64,000 nucleotides of DNA from Pseudomonadota bacterium (GTDB lineage Bacteria > Pseudomonadota > Gammaproteobacteria > Burkholderiales > UBA9220), in NCBI GenBank assembly GCA_021845865.1, contig JAJZVC010000010.1, positions 840 to 64,839 of the forward strand. Reading direction: 5' to 3'. The notes under the pieces were generated by a model. It worked only from the letters and a program-made list of their open reading frames with translations. It was not told the origin of the DNA and did no database searches. The position numbers were made by a program, and so were the translations under genes. Shown piece after piece: positions 52,178 through 64,000 of this stretch. Every line of letters starts with the position of its first letter. Positions within the stretch are counted from its first letter, which is position 1.

Positions 52178-52705
52178 ATGACAAAAGCATTGGAGGGCAT
52201 CATGGCTGTTCTTGGCGTTGGACCTGTCGGTGGCATGCAGGCCACCAGCGGGAAGGCGCATGGCAAGGCCGGCGGCAAAGGCACGGCAAGGCCGGCTGCC
52301 GCGCCCTCTCCCAGCTACTACGTGGAGGAAGGGGCGCCGGTGGAGGCATCCAACTGGCTGAAATCGCTGTTCCAGGCGGGGGCGATTCGGCTGTCCAGGG
52401 AGCGGATCGCCGCGCTGCTCAACACCGAGGGGAAAAAGGCGGAGAGCGTTCCCGGCGAGGCGCGGAAAGAGCGTCCGGCGGCGCCGAAGGCCTCGAACCG
52501 GGATTACCAGCTGTTCAAGCAGGCCGTGGCCCTGGAAGAGGCGGACGCCGAGGCCCGCGAAGCGGAGTCGGCCGGGGGCTGGCGCTTCTGGTACGGCCCC
52601 GCCTTGATGGCGGTGGTGGCAGTGGTGTTCCTGCTGACGGTGATGGTCCTGGACGCGGTTTTCGGGACGCGGGTCTTGGCGGCCCTTCTGCCCTTTCTCG
52701 GTTAA
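52178..52705 (+). CDS. Hypothetical protein with C-terminal TM helix
   Basis: 175-aa ORF; better SD (GGAGGG) precedes internal ATG 52202; C-terminus YGPALMAVVAVVFLLTVMVL hydrophobic. Confidence 0.45.
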   Translation: MTKALEGIMAVLGVGPVGGMQATSGKAHGKAGGKGTARPAAAPSPSYYVEEGAPVEASNWLKSLFQAGAIRLSRERIAALLNTEGKKAESVPGEARKERPAAPKASNRDYQLFKQAVALEEADAEAREAESAGGWRFWYGPALMAVVAVVFLLTVMVLDAVFGTRVLAALLPFLG

Positions 52706-53610
52706 CCCCCGGCGGCGTCGGGGCGGCAGCTTTTCTTTTCCCGTTTCTGGGCATACATCCGTTTATCCGCCGCATCCAAGAGCTCGGGAATCGGCGTTGG
52801 GGTTTGGGGGTCGTAGTGCACCACCCCGACGCTGAGGGACAGGCAATAGGGGCGCCTGCGGGTGTCGTTGAAGGCCGCGACGCGCCTTTGCAGCCGCTGT
52901 TCGATGGCTTCCGCGCTGTTGTTGTTGGAATCGATGGTGATGATGGCGAATTCGTCGCCCCCCATGCGGGCGATGATGTCCGAGCCGCGGAAGGTTTCGG
53001 TCAACAGGTTGGCGGTGTCCGTCAGGGCCATGTCTCCCGCGGGGTGTCCGTGGGTGTCGTTGATGGCCTTCATGCCGTCCAGGTCGGCAAAAATCAGGTA
53101 GAACCCCGTCTTCTTGCGCTGGGAAAGCTTCACCTGGTGCTCCGCCAGGGTCATGAATCCCCGCCGGTTGTAAAGGCCCGTGAGTTCGTCCACCAGGGAC
53201 AGGATGCGCAGGGCGGCCTGCATGCGATGGCGCTCGATGGCGTAGCGGATGGAACGCATCAGCAGGTTGCCGTCCGCTTCGCCCTTGACCAGGTAATCCT
53301 GGGCGCCTTCCCGTACCGCCTGGACGGCCGTGTCTTCGTCGTTGAGGCCGGAGAGCACGACGATGGGCGTTTCGGGTGAATGGGCGCGGGTCCGGGACAC
53401 GGTATCCAGGCCCTGGCTGTCCGGCAGGGAAAGGTCGAGTAGCACCACATCCCGGCTGCCCTGGTCCAGGGCGGCGAAACCCTCCGCCAGACTGCTAGCG
53501 GTATCTATCTGGATGGCGGCGGCACCGCTGTCCGACAGGGCTTCCCGGATCAGCCGGGCGTCGCCGGGGTTGTCTTCGATCAGCAGAACGCGGATGGGCG
53601 GGGCGTCCAT
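52702..53610 (-). CDS. Response regulator-diguanylate cyclase (REC-GGDEF)
   Basis: RVLLIEDNPGDARL...DVVLLDLSLPD receiver, then LTGLYNRRGF...RMGGDEFAII. Confidence 0.9.
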   Translation of the reverse strand: MDAPPIRVLLIEDNPGDARLIREALSDSGAAAIQIDTASSLAEGFAALDQGSRDVVLLDLSLPDSQGLDTVSRTRAHSPETPIVVLSGLNDEDTAVQAVREGAQDYLVKGEADGNLLMRSIRYAIERHRMQAALRILSLVDELTGLYNRRGFMTLAEHQVKLSQRKKTGFYLIFADLDGMKAINDTHGHPAGDMALTDTANLLTETFRGSDIIARMGGDEFAIITIDSNNNSAEAIEQRLQRRVAAFNDTRRRPYCLSLSVGVVHYDPQTPTPIPELLDAADKRMYAQKREKKSCRPDAAGG

Positions 53611-53614
53611 GAGC

Positions 53615-54052
53615 TCACTCCTTGCGCGGCAGCTTGACCAGGGTCAGCCAGAAATCGTCGATGGCCCGAATCACCTGGATGAACTGTTCCAGGTCCACGG
53701 GCTTGGTGATGTAACAGTTGGCATGCAGGGCGTAGGCCTGGGTGATGTCCTGCTCCGCGTCGGAGGTGGTGAGCACGACCACGGGGATGGATTTGAGATG
53801 AGGGTCGGCCTTGATTTCCCGCAGTACTTCCCGGCCATCCTTGCGCGGCAGGTTGAGGTCCAGCAGAATCAAGTCGGGCAGTTTGCGTCCCGCTCGCCGC
53901 AACCAAGCCAAGGCCTCCTCGCCGTCCCGGGCAACGCTCAGGGTGGCCCGCACCTTTCCCTCCTTCAGGGCTTCTTCGGTCAGGCGCACGTCTCCCGGAT
54001 TGTCTTCCACCAGGAGAATTTCCACCGGGGCCAGGTCGCGGTGGTCAGGCAT
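53615..54052 (-). CDS. Single-domain CheY-like response regulator
   Basis: 145 aa; [13 protein letters not shown]...[14 protein letters not shown]...VVVLTTS...YITKP. Confidence 0.85.
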   Translation of the reverse strand: MPDHRDLAPVEILLVEDNPGDVRLTEEALKEGKVRATLSVARDGEEALAWLRRAGRKLPDLILLDLNLPRKDGREVLREIKADPHLKSIPVVVLTTSDAEQDITQAYALHANCYITKPVDLEQFIQVIRAIDDFWLTLVKLPRKE

Positions 54053-55895
54053 GGGGCGTTTCCTCGTTGGGCGGCTTTATGGGTAGTGTAAACCAGAAAG
54101 TGGAGCCTTTCCCGGCCTCGGAGTCCACGCCAATGCGTCCGCCGTGGCGTTCCACGATGCGCTTGCAGATGGATAGGCCGATGCCGGTGCCGGGGTATTC
54201 TTCCCGGCTGTGGAGGCGCTGGAAAATCTGGAACAGCCGATCCCGGTGTTCCGGCGCGATGCCGATGCCGTTGTCCCGTACCGTGAAGCGCCACTCTTTG
54301 CCGGCGAGAGAGACGCCGATATGGATGTCGGGTTTCGCCGCGCCGCGGAATTTGATGCCGTTGGCGATCAGGTTCTGGAACAGCTGCACCAGCTGGCCGC
54401 GGTCGGCCATGACGCTGGGCAGCTTGTCGCTGGTGATTTCCGCGCCGCTGTCGGCGATGGCGCGGCTGAGGTTGAAGAGGGCGTCCTCGGCGACCCGGTT
54501 GCAGTCCGTGGGGGAAAATTCCTTGCCCCGGGTGCCGACGCGGGAATAGGCCAGCAGGTCGTTGATCAGCTGCTGCATGCGGGTGGCGCCATCCACGGCG
54601 TAGTGGATGAAATCGTCGGCATCGGCGTCCAGGCGTCCCCGGTAGCGCTTGGCCAGGAGCTGGACGTAGCTGGCCACCATGCGCAGGGGTTCTTGCAGGT
54701 CGTGGGAGGCCACGTAGGCGAAGCGCTCCAGCTCGGCATTGGAGCGGGTCAGTTCGTCGATTTTCTTCGCCAGCAATTCTTCCGCCCGTTTGCGCTCCGA
54801 GATGTCGAGGAAAGTCACCACCGCGCCGACGGTTTTGCCCTCCTGAACGATGGGGTGGGACCAGTATTCCACCGGGACGGGAGAGCCGTCGGCGCGCCAG
54901 TAGACTTCCGTGTCTTCATGCTGTCCCCGGTTTTTCCTCAGGGCGGCGTAGACCTTGCATTCCTCGGCGGGGTAGGGGCTGCCGTCGGGATGGGAATGGT
55001 GGATCAGGCCATGGATGTCCTTCCCCAGCAGCTCGGAGGCGTCCGGGAACCCCAGGATGCGCAAGGCGGACGGGTTGCAGAACGTCAGGCGTCCATCGGG
55101 CGCCATGCCGTAGATGCCCTCGGCGGTGGAATCGAGCAGAAGCTTCAGCCGTGCCTCGTTGGCGGTGAGCGTGTCCAGCATTTGGTTGAAATCCGCCGCC
55201 AGCAGGCCCAGCTCGTCGTTCCTGTCCAGCTTTACCCGCTCCGTGCGACCGCCGGTGCGGACGCGGCCGGCGGTCTGGACGAGGGTGTCGATGTCGCGGG
55301 TCAGGCTGCGAGCCATGAAATAGGCGAAAACCAGCCCCACGAGGATGGCCAGCAGGGTATAGAACATTCCCCAGCGGCCAACTCGCTGGATATTGGCGGC
55401 TAAATGCCCTTGATCCAGGGCGATGCGCGCCCAGCCGATGAGGCGGCCGCCGACGACGACGGGTTCGGCGACGTCCAGCAGGCTGTCGTCGTCGATCAGG
55501 ACTGCGCTACGGGGCGGGGCGCGCCGGAGGGAGGCGCTGACGGGGTCGGTGGCGTAGAGGCCCTGCCGGCCGCGGTCCGTGTGGGCCAGGACTTGTCCCT
55601 TGGGGGAGAGAATCATGGCGTAGCGCAGATTGGAGTAGCGTTGCAGGGAATGGATGACTTCTTCCAGTCCTTCCACGTCGTTGGAGAGAACCCAGGCGGT
55701 GCTGTTGGTGGCCAGGGCTTGCGCCAGGCTGCTGGCCTGGTCGAGGGATTGGCGGTGGAGGAAATTCTTTTCCCGGTGCGCCAGTTCCGACACGAAGATC
55801 GTCATCAGCACCGCGTGAATCAGGGCGATGCCCAGCATCAGCTGGTGGCGGATGGAGCGGGTCCAGAATTTTCGAAGGGCTTGGCCAAGCTTCAT
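54045..55895 (-). CDS. Sensor histidine kinase (periplasmic/TM sensor, HAMP, PAS, HisKA-HATPase)
   Basis: 616 aa; HAMP ([17 protein letters not shown]), PAS, H-box [12 protein letters not shown], ATPase G-boxes ([20 protein letters not shown]). Confidence 0.9.
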   Translation of the reverse strand: MKLGQALRKFWTRSIRHQLMLGIALIHAVLMTIFVSELAHREKNFLHRQSLDQASSLAQALATNSTAWVLSNDVEGLEEVIHSLQRYSNLRYAMILSPKGQVLAHTDRGRQGLYATDPVSASLRRAPPRSAVLIDDDSLLDVAEPVVVGGRLIGWARIALDQGHLAANIQRVGRWGMFYTLLAILVGLVFAYFMARSLTRDIDTLVQTAGRVRTGGRTERVKLDRNDELGLLAADFNQMLDTLTANEARLKLLLDSTAEGIYGMAPDGRLTFCNPSALRILGFPDASELLGKDIHGLIHHSHPDGSPYPAEECKVYAALRKNRGQHEDTEVYWRADGSPVPVEYWSHPIVQEGKTVGAVVTFLDISERKRAEELLAKKIDELTRSNAELERFAYVASHDLQEPLRMVASYVQLLAKRYRGRLDADADDFIHYAVDGATRMQQLINDLLAYSRVGTRGKEFSPTDCNRVAEDALFNLSRAIADSGAEITSDKLPSVMADRGQLVQLFQNLIANGIKFRGAAKPDIHIGVSLAGKEWRFTVRDNGIGIAPEHRDRLFQIFQRLHSREEYPGTGIGLSICKRIVERHGGRIGVDSEAGKGSTFWFTLPIKPPNEETPHA

Positions 55896-56003
55896 TTTGT
55901 CTTCCCGGGTACCCGGTCGGCATGGCGCCTTTTCAGGCCGTGTCGCCGCCGGGGTCGGCGGCCGACGGTTCCATTCTAGTCAAAAACCTGGGGGGCGGAG
56001 GCT

Positions 56004-56432
56004 TCAGCCCGCCTTGTTGGGGCAGTTCGGCTTGGCGCAGTCGGCGTAGATGTAGAGGGAATGCTCGTGGATGGTGAAGCCGCGTTCCTTGGCGATCTTC
56101 TGCTGGCGTTTTTCGATTTCCGGGTCGCAGAATTCCTCCACCTTGCCGCATTGCAGGCAGACGATATGGTCGTGGTGGTGGCCCTTGTTGAGCTCGAAAA
56201 CCGCCTTGCCGCCTTCGAAATGGTGGCGCACCAGGATGCCCGCGTTCTCGAACTGGGTCAGCACCCGATAGACGGTGGCCAGGCCCACGTCCTCTCCTTC
56301 CGCGAGCAGCAGGCGGTAGACGTCCTCGGCGGTGAGGTGGCGGTCGGCGCTGCTTTCGAACAGGTTGAGGATTTTCAGCCGGGGCAGGGTAGCCTTCAGG
56401 CCGACGCTTTTCAGATCGGAGGAATCGCTCAT
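56004..56432 (-). CDS. fur: Ferric uptake regulator
   Basis: 142 aa from ATG 56430-56432; [14 protein letters not shown]...[17 protein letters not shown]... Confidence 0.9.
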   Translation of the reverse strand: MSDSSDLKSVGLKATLPRLKILNLFESSADRHLTAEDVYRLLLAEGEDVGLATVYRVLTQFENAGILVRHHFEGGKAVFELNKGHHHDHIVCLQCGKVEEFCDPEIEKRQQKIAKERGFTIHEHSLYIYADCAKPNCPNKAG

Positions 56433-56544
56433 GGGGGAATGCCCGCTGCGGTGGAGTTCGGGTATCATTATGCCGATTTGTGCCGAAAAATGGCAAATGC
56501 GCGGCCCGCCGGGCCGCAGGTGAAAACTCATTCGTGGGGCTGGT

Positions 56545-57054
56545 ATGAACAAAATCCTGATTGCGGCCGTGGTGGCGCTTCTTTCCGCCTGTTCCGTGAG
56601 CAATCCCCTCAAGCCGTACAAGCTGGACGTCCAGCAGGGCAACGTGGTGACCCAGGACATGATATCCAAGCTGCGGCCGGGAATGACCAAGTCCCAGGTG
56701 CGTTTCATCATGGGGTCCCCCCTGCTGGTGGATATTTTCCACGGCAACCGCTGGGATTACGTCTATACCCTGCAGAAAGAAGGCAAGCTGGCCGAGGAGC
56801 GCCGCATTACCCTGTACTTTGACGGCGACCTGCTGCAGAAGGTCGCCGGCGACGTGGTGGCCGGTTCCGAGGAGGACCTGAATCCCCAGCCCAAGCCCAC
56901 CTACGAGTCGGTGCCCCAGCCGGGCAGCGCCGCACCTGCCGACGGCAAGGCCGCCGATGGCGGCGCGGCGAAGGATGAGCCGGCCAAAAAAGCGGACCCC
57001 GACGACGAGGAAAAAGGTTTCTTCGGCCGTATGCTGGAAAAGATCGGCCTGTGA
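56545..57054 (+). CDS. bamE: Outer-membrane protein assembly factor BamE (SmpA/OmlA)
   Basis: Lipobox LLSAC; [37 protein letters not shown]; acidic/Ala-rich C-terminal tail; divergent from fur. Confidence 0.85.
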   Translation: MNKILIAAVVALLSACSVSNPLKPYKLDVQQGNVVTQDMISKLRPGMTKSQVRFIMGSPLLVDIFHGNRWDYVYTLQKEGKLAEERRITLYFDGDLLQKVAGDVVAGSEEDLNPQPKPTYESVPQPGSAAPADGKAADGGAAKDEPAKKADPDDEEKGFFGRMLEKIGL

Positions 57055-57077
57055 CGTCAGTCACAGGCCGATCTTTC
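57037..57077 (+). terminator. Strong hairpin spanning the bamE stop codon (probable terminator)
   Basis: AAAGATCGGCCTGTGAC-GTCA-GTCACAGGCCGATCTTT, 17-bp perfect stem; U-run is short and partly inside the stem. Confidence 0.55.
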
Positions 57078-57216
57078 GGCGCAGACTAACGTTCGCCGCA
57101 GGCTAACGTTATGTCGTAGCCAAAAGGTTTGTCGTGACGTCAGTCACAGGCCGATCTTTCGGCGCAGACTAACGTTCGCCGCGGGCTAGCGCTATGTCGT
57201 AGCCAGAAATGCTTCT
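57051..57216 (+). repeat. 83-bp tandem duplication (2 copies)
   Basis: GTGACGTCAGTCACAGGCCGATCTTTCGGCGCAGACTAACGTTCGCCGC identical at 57051 and 57134; the remainder differs at a few positions; copy 1 starts inside the last bamE codons. Confidence 0.9.
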
Positions 57217-57229
57217 TTAAGGATTGTAA

Positions 57230-58033
<804 letters not shown>

Positions 58034-58205
58034 GCGGTCTGTCCTCTATAGGACTCGACGTTGAAGGCGCGGCGGGTTTTTGCTAAAATTTCAAAAATTT
58101 TACGAGCGGGGCGGGTGAACAACCTGCCCCGCTTTGTGTATCCGCTAGTCAATATCGCGCCGGCTTTTGCCTGGCCGGCGCGCAAAAGCCCTTAAGGAGT
58201 GTCCT

Positions 58206-59336
58206 GTGCCGCAACGTCGTCCTGCCGTACTCGTGCTTGCAGATGGGACAGTGTTTCGCGGTGTTGCCATCGGCGCGGACGGCCACACCGTCGGCGAGGT
58301 GGTTTTCAACACCTCCATCACCGGCTACCAGGAAATCCTCACCGACCCTTCCTACTGCCGCCAGATCGTCACCCTGACCTATCCCCATATCGGCAATACC
58401 GGCGTCAATCCCCAAGACGAGGAATCCGCCCGCGTGTTCGCCAGCGGCCTGGTGGTCCGCGACCTGCCCCTCCTGTCCAGCAACTGGCGCAAGGAGGAGG
58501 AGCTCACCGCGTATCTGCAGCGCCACAACATCGTCGCCATCGCCGACATCGACACCCGCCGCCTGACCCGGGTGCTGCGGGAAAAGGGCGCCCAGAGCGG
58601 CTGCCTGATGGCGGGGGAGATCGACGAAGCCAAGGCCCTGGAACTGGCCAAGGGCTTCCCCGGCTTGGCGGGCATGGACCTGGCCAAGGTGGTGTCGGTG
58701 GAGAAGCCCTACGAGTGGAAAGAGGGGGAGTGGTCCCTGGAGAAGGGCTTCGCGTCCCAGGATAATTCCCGCTTCCACGTGGTGGCTTACGATTTCGGCG
58801 TCAAGCGCAACATCCTGCGCATGCTGGCCCACCGCGGCTGCCGCGTCACCGTGGTGCCCGCCCAGACTTCCGCCGCCGACGTGCTGGCCCTGAATCCGGA
58901 CGGGGTGTTCCTGTCCAATGGCCCCGGCGACCCGGAGCCTTGCGGCTACGCCATCGACGCCATCCGCGTGTTCCTCGACAAGGCGCTGCCGATCTATGGC
59001 ATCTGTCTCGGTCACCAGTTGCTGGCCCTGGCCTCCGGCGCCAAGACGCGCAAGATGAAGTTCGGCCACCACGGCGCCAACCATCCGGTGAAGGACCTGG
59101 ACAGCGGTCGGGTGATGATCACCAGTCAGAACCACGGCTTCGCCGTCGACCCCGATACCCTGCCGGCCAACCTGCGGGTGACCCACCAGTCCCTGTTCGA
59201 CGGCAGCAACCAGGGCATCGCCCGCACCGACGTGCCGGCCTTCAGCTTTCAGGGCCACCCGGAAGCGAGCCCCGGTCCCCACGACGTGAGTTATTTGTTC
59301 GACCGTTTCATCGGCCTGATGCAGGAGAAGAAGTAA
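58206..59336 (+). CDS. carA: Carbamoyl-phosphate synthase small (glutaminase) subunit
   Basis: GTG 58206 (AAGGAG 6 nt upstream) gives [19 protein letters not shown]... matching the CarA N-terminus; ICLGHQLL catalytic Cys. Confidence 0.9.
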   Translation: MPQRRPAVLVLADGTVFRGVAIGADGHTVGEVVFNTSITGYQEILTDPSYCRQIVTLTYPHIGNTGVNPQDEESARVFASGLVVRDLPLLSSNWRKEEELTAYLQRHNIVAIADIDTRRLTRVLREKGAQSGCLMAGEIDEAKALELAKGFPGLAGMDLAKVVSVEKPYEWKEGEWSLEKGFASQDNSRFHVVAYDFGVKRNILRMLAHRGCRVTVVPAQTSAADVLALNPDGVFLSNGPGDPEPCGYAIDAIRVFLDKALPIYGICLGHQLLALASGAKTRKMKFGHHGANHPVKDLDSGRVMITSQNHGFAVDPDTLPANLRVTHQSLFDGSNQGIARTDVPAFSFQGHPEASPGPHDVSYLFDRFIGLMQEKK

Positions 59337-62543
<3,207 letters not shown>

Positions 62544-62565
62544 CGCGGCAAAACCTCCGAGGTGG

Positions 62566-62603
62566 ACCGACCGCCCATCGGGCGGCGGTTCACTATTATT
62601 TTT
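62566..62603 (+). terminator. Possible terminator after carB
   Basis: ACCGACCGCCC-ATC-GGGCGGCGGT (one bulge) followed by TCACTATTATTTTT. Confidence 0.45.
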
Positions 62604-62628
62604 GGAACGGAACGATTAGGAGAATGGC

Positions 62629-63111
62629 ATGAGCCGAATTCCCCTCACGGTAAACGGGGCCGAGGCCCTCAAAGTCGAATTGCACCGCCTGAAGACGGTG
62701 GAGCGCCCCAACGTCATCCAGGCCATCGCCGAGGCGCGGGCCCAGGGCGACCTGTCGGAGAATGCCGAGTACGATGCCGCCAAGGAGCGTCAGAGCTTTA
62801 TCGAGGGGCGCATCGCCGAGCTGGAGGGCAAGCTGTCCAACGCCCAGGTCATCGATCCCAAGACCCTGGCCGCCGATGCCGACGGGCGGGTGGTGTTCGG
62901 CGCCACGGTGGAGCTGGAGAACCTTTCCAACGGCGACATCGTCACCTACCAGATCGTCGGCGACGACGAAGCCGAGATCAAGCATGGCAAGATATCCATC
63001 AGCTCTCCCATCGCCCGGGCGCTGATCGGCAAGTTCGCCGGCGATACCGTGGAAGTGCAGGCCCCGGGCGGAATGCACGAATACGAAGTGATCGACGTCA
63101 AGTACATCTGA
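62629..63111 (+). CDS. greA: Transcription elongation factor GreA
   Basis: 160 aa; [19 protein letters not shown]...[27 protein letters not shown]. Confidence 0.95.
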   Translation: MSRIPLTVNGAEALKVELHRLKTVERPNVIQAIAEARAQGDLSENAEYDAAKERQSFIEGRIAELEGKLSNAQVIDPKTLAADADGRVVFGATVELENLSNGDIVTYQIVGDDEAEIKHGKISISSPIARALIGKFAGDTVEVQAPGGMHEYEVIDVKYI

Positions 63112-63124
63112 CCGCATCTTCCCG

Positions 63125-63580
63125 ATGAGAAAAATCGCCGACGCCCTGCAGACCCTCGTCGTCACCCTCTGGGCCGGTGGGCTGTGGGTGACCGCGCTGC
63201 TGGTCAAGGTCCTGTTCGACGTCCTTCATGACGACCGGGTGTTGGCGGGAGCGATCGCCGGCAGGTTTTTTACCGCCCTGTCCTACATGGGCATGGCTTG
63301 CGGGCTGTATCTGGTGCTTTACCGGCTTTCCCGCTTCGGCGGCGGGGCGTGGAAGCAGCTGTTTTTCTGGGTGGCGCTACTGCTGCTGGGGTTGGTGGCG
63401 GCGGGACATTTCGGCATCCAGCCCGTATTGCAAGGCTTGAAGGACGCGGCGCAGCCTCTGGACGTGATGCGCAGCGCGTTCAAGGACAATTTTGTCAAAT
63501 GGCACGGCATATCCAGCCTGGTCTACCTGGCGGAATGCCTCCTGGCCCTCGTCCTGGCGCTGCTGCCCAAATCAAGGTAG
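63125..63580 (+). CDS. DUF4149-like membrane protein
   Basis: 151 aa, four hydrophobic helices; position after greA as commonly seen in Betaproteobacteria. Confidence 0.7.
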   Translation: MRKIADALQTLVVTLWAGGLWVTALLVKVLFDVLHDDRVLAGAIAGRFFTALSYMGMACGLYLVLYRLSRFGGGAWKQLFFWVALLLLGLVAAGHFGIQPVLQGLKDAAQPLDVMRSAFKDNFVKWHGISSLVYLAECLLALVLALLPKSR

Positions 63581-63865
63581 CTGGAGTTTCGGCTCCTTGG
63601 CCGGGCGATAGACGACCAGGATCTTGCCGATGTGTTGTACCGGCGCGGCGTCGAGGTGGCTGCAAAGTTCCGCCAGCAGGGCTTCCCGCGCGTCGCGGTT
63701 ATCGGAGTGGACCTTGATCTTGATCAGCTCGTGCCGTGCCAGGGTGGCGTCGGCCTCCTTCAACACCGCCTCGGACAGGCCGGCGTCGCCGATCATCACC
63801 ACCGGGTTCAGGCCGTGGGCCTGGGCCTTGAGGAAACGGCGCTGGGCAGGCGTCAATGAAATCAT
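63572..63865 (-). CDS. yhbY: Ribosome assembly RNA-binding protein YhbY (CRM domain)
   Basis: 97 aa; [49 protein letters not shown]. Confidence 0.88.
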   Translation of the reverse strand: MISLTPAQRRFLKAQAHGLNPVVMIGDAGLSEAVLKEADATLARHELIKIKVHSDNRDAREALLAELCSHLDAAPVQHIGKILVVYRPAKEPKLQLP

Positions 63866-63898
63866 GATCTTCCTTCAAAAAACCCGGCAGTTTACTCC

Positions 63899-64000
63899 AT
63901 GAAACGCAGCAAAACCAGCAAGGCGTGGATGCAAGAACACGTCAACGACCCCTACGTGAAAAAGGCCAAGCAGGAGGGCTGGCGTTCCCGCGCCGCCTAC
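63899..64000 (+). CDS. rlmE: 23S rRNA (uridine-2'-O)-methyltransferase RlmE/FtsJ, 5' end only (runs off the window)
   Basis: [34 protein letters not shown] matches the RlmE N-terminus (compare E. coli ...[25 protein letters not shown]). Confidence 0.8.
   Translation, partial: MKRSKTSKAWMQEHVNDPYVKKAKQEGWRSRAAY

Overview
GC-rich proteobacterial chromosomal segment. The gene order (fur/bamE-dapB-carAB-greA-DUF4149-yhbY-rlmE, and radC / coaBC / dut) suggests a betaproteobacterium, but this is inference from synteny only. I call about 62 protein genes. I saw no rRNA, tRNA, CRISPR array, IS element or integrase. Many long ORFs in the track are antisense or shadow ORFs typical of high-GC DNA, and I ignored them.

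Housekeeping content: kamA-like, rdgC, sodB, mltC, radC, coaBC, dut, fur, bamE, dapB, carAB, greA, yhbY and the rlmE 5' end.

Accessory content, in order of interest:
1. A 13-gene Tad/Flp-type pilus-like operon (15432-26480, minus strand). Its ATPase is fused to an FHA domain and it has two Flp-like pilins. It has no TadZ/CpaE gene and no prepilin peptidase gene. It sits between radC and coaBC.
2. A five-gene, translationally coupled operon (29578-35639) of KorAB, an FrdB-like Fe-S protein, an FrdA-like flavoprotein and a NuoF-like protein. It has no membrane anchor and sits between coaBC and dut.
3. An Isp-type [NiFe] hydrogenase, hynS-isp1-isp2-hynL (36821-41641).
4. A DUF560/Slam-like outer-membrane protein followed by a non-lipidated FecR-domain protein with a TbpB-like C-terminal barrel (41795-44570). 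This looks like a type XI secretion pair.
5. A TPR/GT41 OGT-like gene abutting a GGDEF gene.
6. An O2/redox/c-di-GMP sensing neighbourhood: an Aer-like MCP, an HD-GYP-hemerythrin fusion, a PAS protein, a LuxR-type response regulator and a STAS protein.

Non-coding oddities:
- A 7-8 copy AGGATGA heptamer array, with inverted copies over the start of a transporter gene.
- A 149-bp element bounded by 12-nt direct repeats between mltC and radC.
- An 83-bp tandem duplication after bamE.
- A structured, terminator-ended intergenic region that could be an sRNA.

All product calls rest on motif and sequence recognition by eye. No database search was run.
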